NCBI RefSeq assembly: GCF_006345805.1 | Contig: NC_043006.1 | Coordinates: 56,048,001-56,112,000, forward strand | Direction: 5' to 3' | Length of the DNA stretch: 64,000 nucleotides | Source: Octopus sinensis | Taxonomy: Eukaryota | Shown here: positions 54,090-64,000 of the stretch, piece by piece | Layout of the letters: every line of letters starts with the position of its first letter | Position numbering within the stretch: the stretch's first letter is position 1 | Made by a program: the position numbers and the translations under genes | The notes under the pieces: generated by a model | The model's database searches: none | Seen by the model: only the letters and a program-made list of their open reading frames with translations | What the model was told of the DNA's origin: nothing

Positions 54090-55597
54090 TCACGGTTGCG
54101 AGAGGGAGCCTGACAGATTCTTTCTGCCTGTCTCCCCCCCACTCGCCGTTGCTGCTGGGTGTTTCACCGGCGTTGCCACCGGGCTCTGGGTTGGTGTGGC
54201 TGCCGGGCTAACGGGTAATTTCCCAGTTGTCACCTCCTGGGTGACATCCTTAATGAAGCCGGCTTTTACGTGGCTTTGTAAGGTTTTGTCTTTCCATCCT
54301 TCTTCGCCGACCCTTCCATATCGCCACTCCGCTTCCTTCTCGGTCGCTTTGTAGCACCTGATCAGCGTACTTGCTTTCACCCATGTTTCTACTCTCACGT
54401 TCTTTGTGGTGTATGCAATAATTTTTTCGTTGGGTTTAAACCCTTTTACAGTTGGGGGGTGGGGTTTGTTAAAGTGCTGGCCTATAAGTGTAGTACCGCC
54501 GGGGTGGGATTGGAGAATATTTTTAATTTGTTCGTCTGCGTTGTTTTTTTTTTTTGATACGGGTGGGGAGTCAGGGGTGATGGATTTTTTCCTTTTGTTG
54601 GACACGTTCGTAAATTCCATGTCTTCTTGTTTATTTGTTTTTGTTGCATTATTTTCCTCATCCTTTCCTTTCTCATTTTGCATTTCGTTCTTGTCTTCCT
54701 CCTTTTTGGAGTTCGACCTGTTTATTTTTTCCTCCTTGTTTTCGCCAGCCGTTACTTTTTTCTCCACTTTGCTGCTTTCTGCGTTCTTCACAGCGTTTTG
54801 TGGGGGGCGTTGCCCGCATTATTTTTTTTTGTGCAAACGGAGCGAACGTGGCCCTTTTGCCCGCACTTAAAACATCTGGGCCTGCGTCCTTCCACCGAAA
54901 CTCGTATGGAGTGCCCCTCCCCCACGAAGACTCTGTCTGGTAGGCTTTCCAACGTCGCATTTTCCGCCTGGATTATCATCTCCAGCTGCTGGCCTCTCCA
55001 GTGTTTTGCAATTTTTCTCTTCATACTTAAAATTGTCAATTTTGATTCAACATCAAAAATGACCGCTGTTGCCGCCCACATCACGTCGTAGCCCGTTGGT
55101 ATATCTTCTAGGGTCACTTTTGCGGTTCTGCATCCTAAATATAAGGGTAGCAGTATTATACTCTCGTTTTTCAACGTTTGTGTCGAAATTTGCCTTGCTA
55201 CTTCCGCCGTTTCAAAATGCGCCTCCACTGTAGCGCTTCTTGCACCTCGGTTGACATGACTAACTTTACTCCATATTGGAGCCATACACTTTTCGACCAT
55301 TTCGTTTTTCACGTCGGTCATTCGTTTTTCCTTGATATTGTACACCCTGTAGGTGACCATTTTTTCCTTTATTGCTTGTATAGTTTCGGGGGGCGGTACC
55401 AATCGTGTTTCTTCGCCACTTTTTTGCACCAGCGATCTAAACTTGAATAATCTTTCCATTGATACCTCCATTTCTTCGACTTCGCCACCTACGGCGTCTG
55501 AAAAACTGGGTTTTGTCTGTGTTTCCTTTTGTTTAACAGTTGTTATACTTTCTCCCATCTCGGGAAAGTCTTTTTTTGAACTTAAGTCTAATTCCAT
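54090..55597 (-). CDS. Tx1 ORF1 (gag-like, CCHC knuckle); one 1-nt frameshift in the C6 run at about 54803-54808
   Basis: CFKCGQKGHVRSVC; the two ORF halves join in frame if one C is added; ends 23 nt before the ORF2 ATG. Confidence 0.85.
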
Positions 55598-57644
55598 ATT
55601 AGACAACACAAACTTGTCACAAATGACAAGAGAATTTTTTTTTTTTCCAAAAATAACCTATACAGGTTAAGAGTTCACACAAAACAGCACACAGAAATTT
55701 TCTACCCCGAAGGGCGAAAATTACTGGGTCAAAAACAGTTCAACAATGATATTACTTGTAACACGACAGAGTAGACAAACGGAAACGAACTCACACAACG
55801 ATTTGCAGCAACAGAAAAATATTGGTATACGCCGAGGAAAAATTCAAAAAACACCAGGTAGCGATGAAAGTTAAGGCTCCTTTGTAAATAGATATAAGTT
55901 TTTCTAATGGCGTCTGCCACTGATGTCGAAAAACGAACAGTAAGCATAATTAAATCTCAGAATGAGATTGAAACAGTAATCGCTCGATAATGTAAAGTAT
56001 AGAAGCCATCTTATCATGGCTAACCACATTGGGGAGGGGTTGTTACTGTAGCTTTATAGCCCCAAGAGATCTTCGTCTCTAGCTGGCTCTAGACACAATA
56101 TCTGTGTCCTTGGAGTATTTGCAAAGGGAGAGGAGGAAAGAAGAAAATATAAGGGAGTGAGAGCAAGGAGGAATTTAAGCAAGGTCAAGTGATTATTTAC
56201 TACCAGTCAAGTAAGTGACTGGTAATAAATAATAGAGTTGCTTTGGCTGAATCACAGAATTTAGTAAGGGGACTGGTATTTGAAGTATAGGGAATTTGCA
56301 GGGGAAATATTTTTGGTCATTGTGGAGAAAGAAAGTGTGTATAAATAAAGCAAAGTAGAGTGACTAATTTGAGTACGGTTATTTGACTGTTGTTATTCAA
56401 AGGGCATTTTCAGCTGAATCACAGAAAGGTAGTTTCTATACATAAGTAGCTTGCTTACGAACCACATGGTTCCGGGTTCGGTCCCACTGCGTGGCACCTT
56501 GGGCAAGTGTCATCTACAATAGCCTCGGGCCGACCAAAGCCTTGTGAGTGGATTTGGTTGACGGAAACTGAAAGAAGCCCGTCGTATATATGTATATATA
56601 CATATGTATGTATGTGTGTGTGTATATGTTTGTGTGTCTGTGTTTGTCCCCCCCCAACATCACTTGACAACCGATGGTGGTGTGTTTACGTCCCCGTAAC
56701 TTAGCGGTTCGGCAAAAGAGACCGATAGAATAAGTACTAGGCTTACAAAAAATAAGTCCTGGGGTCGATTTGCTCGACTAAAAGCGGCGCTCCAGCATGG
56801 CCACAGTCAAATGTCTGAAACAAGTAAAAGAGAATAAAGAGTAAAGAGTAAGGAAAAATACGGAGAGAAGTTTGTAATTGATAATCAAGGAATATATATT
56901 GTTGGCTTAACACATAGTGATAGTGAGGGTGGATAAGAGGGGAAAAATGTATGACGGTTAGGGGAGAAAAGAGCGGGGTGGGGTTGTAACTATTTGTATT
57001 TTTAGAATCGATTTGATGACCAGTGTTTGCAGGAGAATGTTTTACTGCTTCATTCATTGAGACAATCCGCGGGATGCAAAATAACCAAGACCTCAGCTAT
57101 ACAGTGATCACACTTATTATTATAGTTGCTGTGATGCGTGGTGTGGGTGACTATGGATCACTTATGAGTGTAAGGACTTGCATCAGGCGTTAGTTTACTG
57201 ATAAGTTGAGAATACGATGCACTGTCGCATTTTGTTTGGGTCTTAAAGCTGGATTAGTGGTTGTTCACTCTGGCTTTGAAGATGGTGCTACATGAGCCAA
57301 TATATATGTAGTTACAGTTGGCAGTTGATACTGTGCACTTATAAACTATGTTTTTTGTGAGACAGCGGTTATCTAAAGGACAGGAGGATCAGCGTCTGAA
57401 GCTGCATATGTTTGGAGGGGGTGTTCCGGATTAACATTTAGTGAGGAATCGGTGTTCGTTTCCTTATCATTGCCGGTGTTAAGGAGTTCTTAAGGATTGA
57501 GGGTGGTGTTGCTGGGTGTATAGTATGATAATTATTGCGTTCTGTGGTATCCTCTGGAGTGTTCTCAATTTTTATAGGAGGTATAGTTGGGTGTTGTGGT
57601 AAATTTAAGGATCGGGTGTTAGCAGTGGTATTATAGTTGTAGTT

Positions 57645-57862
57645 AAGGCGGTGAGCTGACAGAATCGTTAGCGCGCCTGACAAAATGCGGAGCAGTATTC
57701 CGTCTGTCGCTACATTCCGAGTCCAAATTCCGCCGAGGTCGACATTACTTTTCATCCTTTCGGGATCGATGAATTAAGTACCAGTAAAACACTGGGATCG
57801 ATGTAACTGACTAGTACCCCCCCCCCCCAATTTCAGGCCTTGTGTCTATAGTAGAAAGGATT
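57645..57862 (+). mobile_element. Second SINE family; other copies at about 18540-18730, 19010-19205, 25085-25275 and 25555-25750
   Basis: Shared core CAAATTCCGCCGAGGTCGAC...TTTCATCCTTTCG...ATAAATTAAGTACCAG. Confidence 0.8.
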
Positions 57863-58379
57863 ATAGTGGTAGTTATGAGAGTTAGTGCGGTTAAGGGTCA
57901 ATTGGTGTATTAGGTTTATATGTATGGAGCTGGGGGTTATGCTGAGTTAATTAATTAGGGTGGATTTAGCTGGTTGTGGATTGGAGGTAAAATATTTCTC
58001 TAAGGGAGCTATATTTAGGGAAATGTTTTTCCAGTAGGGGAAGAAGAGTTGGAGTACTCGAATCTGGACGTTAGTGACGAAGGTGGGGGTGAAACCAGAT
58101 AACGTTCCGGGTTATAGTCTGTTTAATTCGATTAGTGGAGTTAACTGGGTGGAGATAGGGCTTTGAATGTCTATGCTGGTGTCTGTTTTGATGGCTTGTG
58201 ATGCATATGGGATTTGGGGTTTTCTAGTAGGGAGGTTGTTTGTTAGTTCGTCTGCTACATCGATATTTGGACGGGTATTGGAGGGCTGGGATGAAGGATG
58301 TAGTCTATAATATGGAGGTGAGGAACTGTTTTCTGTTCCTAGTTTAATGGAGAAAGGAATATCCCACATGAGGATGTAT

Positions 58380-59220
58380 TCAATTGATTGTGTATATACG
58401 GCACGTTGTAGGGCACAATTGTAATAATCAGCATATTGATCGAATGAATCATTATTAGCAGGTAGTGAGGATATCCAGTAGGAAACGCTTTCTGCAATGG
58501 GCTTTACGACGAAGAGTGTGGTTGGAGGAGAAGTTCACGTAGTAGAGGTTTTCTTCAGGTTTGTGGTATGGGTATATGGTTTTGCTTTGCAAGTCCAGGG
58601 TTACTGAGATACTGAGGCTGACGTTTTAAAAAGAGTCTCTTAATCTTTGTTTAGTTTGTTCGATTATCCGGTTACTAGAATTTTGGATAGTAAATAGAGC
58701 GTCATCTCTGTATAGACCATCGGAGAAGTTAGGGAATTGTTCATGGAGATCGTTAACTAGGTAGAGTCCCACAAGGTCAGTAACTTAGGAGGAGTCACTG
58801 GCTCCCATGGAGGTATTTAAAAGATTAGGTGTAACATTGCGGGACCAGGATTTCCCATCAAGAGATATATTTCGGTGGTCTGCTAATATATCAATATCGT
58901 CGCGAGATAGGTTGGAATGTTTTTCGGAGAAAATTAGGGCCTTATTAAGAAGAATAGGAGAAATGCTATCAATAATATTGATCAATGTCGGCTTGCATGA
59001 ATTTAAAGGTGTGCTTAGGGTATAGAGAGGTGAGCCACTGGATAGCTTCAGTGGTTTTGGTCCAAAGTTTTTGCGAAGATTTGGTGTAAAGTTGGGGTAT
59101 TATTTAATAGAGTATGATTTTGCTAATCTTAACTATATTGGAGCTGGAAGGGAAGATAAGGCAAATGCGGCAGGGAGGGGGTTACTGCGAAGTTTTCTTT
59201 GTGATCTTTCAATCTGATAT
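58380..59220 (-). mobile_element. Penelope-like reverse transcriptase remnant; decayed body probably continues to about 56130
   Basis: SISPILLNKALIFS...TSMGASDSS...DLVGLYL...GLYRDDAL on the minus strand. Confidence 0.75.
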
Positions 59221-59249
59221 GGGTTACAACTCGATCCCTGGATCTTACA

Positions 59250-59333
<84 letters not shown>

Positions 59334-59722
59334 CATCTATCTATCTATCTATACATATATACTTGTAATATTTTGGGACTAATGGGTATATGTCGATTAG
59401 TGTGTTAATTTTGGTTATAGAAATATAATAGTAATGAAGATTGTAACAACACTTCATTCCCTAACATGACGGACGAAATAACAATATGACTGTCCGAGCT
59501 CAAGATCTTTAGCGCGACATCACTTTATGTATGGATGTACCTGATGTGACTCAGACTGCAAAATGGATGCAACATAGCATGATGCACGGAGTCCCACGCA
59601 TAAGGGGCAATAGTAAGATGGGGCGATTGAGGTGGACAGTAAAGGGAAGTCAGTAGTGATTCTTCTGGCTACTTAAATATTATCTCAGCTATATAGATAT
59701 ATAAACGTAGTGTGTATGTGTG

Positions 59723-59805
<83 letters not shown>

Positions 59806-61249
59806 GTATGTATATATGGAAAAAATCTTCAGAACGTTTGTACAAGCACATATATTTGTTCGTATTTATAAGTATTTACCAGTATACATTTAGTGATATA
59901 AGTGTATGGATATAATAAACCCTACAGTTTTTTAAATGAAAGTTTTTAATCAAAATCTATACCCAATTTCCTTATGTGATTACCAAATATTCATGTTTTT
60001 CGTTAATTATATTTTAATAAGTCTCATATACATATATATATTTTCGTATATTGTAATATTTTACCAAGTAGTCATATATATATTATATTTTATATTATAT
60101 TACCAGGTATTTATTTTAGAAGCTTATTAATGTTGACATTAATATAGTGTAGTATATGAGTTGTTGGTAAAAACCAAATAGCGTTTCGTATATTTTAATT
60201 TTTAAATGTTTTCCACAGTTACCCCCCTTTAGCTATATTTCACAAAAATGAAATTTTTTTCATTTTGATAATTTTTTTTTAAATTAGAAAATTATCTTAG
60301 AAGTATTCATAACATAATATCAAAATCCTTTCCGTACATATTTATTTTTATTATCCCCCTTCGTATTTAAGGCCCCTTACACAATTTCTTCTTAAACTTT
60401 GCTTGAATATTTTCTTAAATTTGTTTTGTATTTTATTGATAAGTTTTAACGGACTCGATAGAACGATTTTGTTTTAAATATTACCTGACCAGTTACGTTG
60501 TAAGATTGATATTGGTCTTACCACACTTATCATAAAGGTATTATGATGACATTCTTTTGTTAGTATATAATAACATCACAATTAATACCCAAATTATTTC
60601 TTTATTGATATAATTACGTAATGATTCTCCAACTCTGTTTTCCTTACTCTTTTACTCTTTTACTTGTTTCAGTCATTTGACTGTGGCCATGCTGGAGCAC
60701 CGCCTTTAGTCGAGCAAATCGACCACGGGACTTATTGTATAAGCCCAGTACTTATTCTATCGGTCTCTTTTTGCCGAACCGCTAAGTGACGGGGAGGGTA
60801 CGTACAACACACCAGCATCGGTTGTCAAGCAATGCTAGGGGGACAAACACAGACACAAAAACATATACACACACACATATACGACAGGCTTCTTTCAGTT
60901 TCCGCTACCCAAATCCACTCACAAGGCATTGGTCGGCCCGGGGCTATAGAACAAGACACTTGCCCAAGATGCCACGCAGTGGGACTGAACCCGGAACTAT
61001 GTGGTTGGTTAGCAAGCTACTTACCACACAGCCACTCCTGCGCCTAAATTTTATTACTATTCTATTCCATAGTTTTCAGTTTCTGTTATAAGGATCATCC
61101 CATTAACCCCACCCTATAACTTATATCTTTACTATCTCCTCCATCAAATAGAAATAAGATGTGATCTCACAACTTCTGGATATAACCTTGGACTTTACTT
61201 TTTACTATTTTACTTTTTTTCCTTTTTTTTAATTCTTACCATTATGGAG

Positions 61250-61344
61250 TCTCTGATGAAGTTTTGGGGTTCAAATTTTGTATAATTTTTGTATGATGTG
61301 TCAACTTTGGCATGCCGGACCCCAATGTAGAAACAGCCGTAAGA
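61250..61344 (+). ncRNA. Hammerhead motif, partly decayed
   Basis: TCT-CTGATGA-A-..TTGGGGTTC...GGACCCCAA..-A-GAAAC-AGCC-GTA-AGA. Confidence 0.55.
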
Positions 61345-61619
61345 GTAGAGCTGTAATTATTTATTTATTCTTATAATTGTAATTAATAAATAGATTTTGC
61401 TGGTGCTTATCAATTAAATATCTTCTCCATTTTCTTCCTTGCCATATAAATTCTAGATAAACTTTTATTTACCTCTACTTATACTTATCATTCAATTGTA
61501 CTATTGTCTTGCAACAGTAAGTATTTGGATATAAACAGGTATATTTCCAGTAGTACAAATCTGCACACACACACACACACACACACGCAAATACAAACAC
61601 GCACATATAGTTGTGGTCT

Positions 61620-62010
61620 TGTGGCCAGCAGTCGCTCTCTCGTGTATGTCGAATCAAGCTGTCCGCTGAGCATACAGTGAAGATTACGCACCACCTTCCT
61701 TTAGCAGAGATTGCAGGCAGATCTATCTCTGCGTAATGACCGAAGCAAAAGAAGCTGTGTGGTGGGCTTGTTTGAAAGGTTTGAAGAAAGGCACTTTCCT
61801 ATCTGGTCAAGTTCTCATCAATTTCTTCGAATATCATTTGAAGAAAATGGGAGGGAGGTGCTGCCTTCTAGTGTGCTTATCAAAAGGTGGACGAGATTGG
61901 CAAGGCTGGAGGGACTGAATGGATTTACTCTGAATACGCTTTTAAGTAGGAGTAAAGAAACTGGAAGAGGGCACTTCCCATGTCTTGGGGATGACTGAGT
62001 AATCCGGGTC
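61620..62010 (+). mobile_element. Tx1-like LINE 3' fragment of a divergent family
   Basis: KEAVWWACLKGLKKGTFLSGQVLINFFEYHLK aligns with KECVWRTRVEGLVKGSFISGPGLLKYFGYHLK of ORF2. Confidence 0.75.
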
Positions 62011-63146
62011 TTTTGCGTGGAGTTGACTCTGAATTATCCAAAGTGAATTCCTCCGCTCTTGAGGATTCTATTTAATTATCAATTATTTGTCTTCTAACTT
62101 CTATTTCTATATCCTTCGAGATATCCTTTAATATTATAGTGTCTCCCTTGATCGATGTAAACTCTACCTGTTTTTGTGCTTGTATCTCGTCCTTTGATAT
62201 TGTCTTCCATGCCTTGGACCCTCGAGATCCTGGTTAGTTTGTCTATGTAACAATAGCAAATTTACTTTGCATAACAATTTGTAGCAATATGAACAAAACT
62301 TCGGGAGAGCCATATGCAACAAGTGTCGATAGACGAACAATGATAATATATAATTTGCGAGGTTGGTAAGCAAGCTATTTACCACACAGCCTCTCTTGCG
62401 CCTGTGTATATATATATATATTGATATTTAGCAGAAGCAACAGTGTCATTCAAGGTCCGTAGTTTCATGCATTGGAACTTATGAAACTGCCACTCTTGCT
62501 TAGTCAGGTTTCCCGAAAGTTTGTTCTTGATAGCCTTTCATAACTGCTTCAGCATCATAGTATTCTCCATTGATAGAGTGGTCGTTTTGAAGATAGTCAA
62601 TAAACACAACCCGCATTTGCCCCTCCTACCCAACGAATTTAGCTCATTACATTCACTGCAGATGAAACGACCATAGTCCTGTTTGAAGTAGGTGAGAGGG
62701 AGTGTTTCTACTGCATGGATTAACGCTTTCAAATGGTGTGATACTCTCGGGTGGAAGAAACACTGAATCTTTTCTATCGACCATGTAGGAAGATATATAT
62801 TTCAAATACATACAATATTTATTTGCTCGAATTGCAATATGATACAATTTTAATAACAAAATTAATGGTGAATATTTTATTTCATCGTATTTTTCAGTAC
62901 CAAGTGGATCGCAAAATATTTGGAATTTCCAAAGAAGAATACTAACCACGTTCACCTCTGTTTTCTTTTCATTGATGGTGTATTGGAACTTTTTGCTACT
63001 TCAATTTATTATGATCTGAATACAGGGCTCGGAAAAACTGAAAGACCGAAGCAATAAATATATGTATCTGAGAGAGGGTTATGTTGAGAGTAAGAGAGAA
63101 GAGAGAAAGTGAGAAGAGAGAGAAAGCATATGTATAATATATATAT

Positions 63147-63198
<52 letters not shown>

Positions 63199-63231
63199 CA
63201 TATACACAGAATATATATAAATACATACATA

Positions 63232-63331
63232 NNNNNNNNNNNNNNNNNNNNNNNNNNNNNNNNNNNNNNNNNNNNNNNNNNNNNNNNNNNNNNNNNNNNN
63301 NNNNNNNNNNNNNNNNNNNNNNNNNNNNNNN
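63232..63331. other. Assembly gap (100 N)
   Basis: Run of N. Confidence 1.
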
Positions 63332-64000
63332 TCGCACAACCAACTAAAATCATAGCGGCGACCCTGAAAAGCCATGGCTTTATGAGGACGTTGGCGCAAG
63401 TAGAGAGGAAGAAAGAGAAGTCGAAAGGGCCTACACTCTCATTGCACACACACATGGCTTTGCTAAGGCCAAGTCCTCAAGGTGGACAAGACAAAGAGAG
63501 AGAGATGGAACAGGAAACACCAACCACAGAGTGTCAAAAATGACACGCCCACTGCCACAGTCGAAGAAGGCAAGCAGGGCAAACAACAGATAGGCGGCGA
63601 TGGGGAAACGGAGATAACCACCCGGATTAAATACCTATGCAGAAAGGAACCAGTGGACAACCGTCCAACGGAGGAGAGAAAACAAGAGGAACTGAGGACA
63701 AGAAACCTCGATAACATGCAAATTCTTCGGAATGGAACCTGCTGGCATGGAGAAACAGGGGAAGGATGCAGGTTCGCTCATCCAATGCCCCTATGGAAAT
63801 TGCATCAAACCCATTCGAGACCAAATGCCTTAACCAAAACCCAAGACCGAAACCAAACAGAACAAATACAAGCTGCCCCAGAAATATGCAGACATAGTGC
63901 GTATGCCCCAACAAGGAGAAGGCGCACATTTGCAGAGGAATGCAGACGGCGGCAGCAGAACAAAGAAATTTTGTGGAAATAGCAGAGAAAATTGTGGGAC
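63332..64000 (+). mobile_element. Possible LINE ORF1 fragment with CCCH-type finger(s), frameshifted
   Basis: Higher GC and purine-rich; C..FRNGTCWHGETGEGCRFAHP spans a frameshift; cut by the gap and the window end. Confidence 0.35.

Larger units (their letters stand above)
50326..55851 (-). mobile_element. Full-length Tx1-clade LINE with 18-bp target-site duplication
   Basis: TSD CACCAGGTAGCGATGAAA at 50308-50325 and 55852-55869; 3' end AATAAAGAAAA; ORF1 plus ORF2. Confidence 0.93.
50090..56130 (+). repeat. 140-bp direct repeat (50090-50229 and 55991-56130) bracketing the hammerhead unit and the Tx1 insertion
   Basis: TGTAAAGTATAGAAGCCATC...GGAGTATTTGCAAA.GGAG present twice with only a few substitutions. 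Confidence 0.93.

Noticed and set aside
54800-54835. Programmed -1 frameshift in Tx1 ORF1 at the A9 run
   Set aside because: A -1 slip there reaches TAA immediately. The frame is restored only downstream of that stop, most simply by one extra base in the C6 run, which fits a homopolymer error or mutation.
50090-56130. 140-bp direct repeats read as LTRs or a giant TSD of the 5.5-kb element
   Set aside because: The element is an APE-RT LINE with its own 18-bp TSD further inside; the 140-bp repeat belongs to the host sequence.
62440-62560. CTGAAGC...GAAAC on the minus strand next to a possible Penelope C-terminal remnant
   Set aside because: Both the core and the cleavage triplet are non-canonical and stem I is unsupported.

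Overview
AT-rich, microsatellite-dense animal DNA. The SINE families and the Penelope/Dong/HERO/Tx1 content point to a cephalopod, probably Octopus (inference). Two tandem, same-strand cholinesterase (AChE/BChE-like) paralogues share one exon plan: a large exon with signal peptide and catalytic triad, a 184/185-nt exon, and a short hydrophobic GPI-type last exon. Gene A is 642-2120, 5826-6009, 11028-11134; gene B is 30668-32154, 36694-36878, 40335-40438. Gene A has three single-base deletions in homopolymers, probably assembly errors. Both genes keep Ser/Glu/His but have remodelled active-site gorges. Between them lies a ~6.55-kb tandem duplication whose junction maps to a 17-bp window inside R4/Dong-type retroelements. 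The rest is transposon-derived: Penelope remnants, RTE, HERO, Helitron, mariner, SINEs, and a full-length Tx1-clade LINE (50326-55851, 18-bp TSD). The least obvious signal is a dense set of type-I hammerhead ribozyme motifs: about 7 well formed plus several decayed, most with different but palindromic stem-III sequences and often long stem-II inserts. One lies in a 357-bp retrozyme/pLTR-like unit, and the Tx1 LINE has inserted right next to it.
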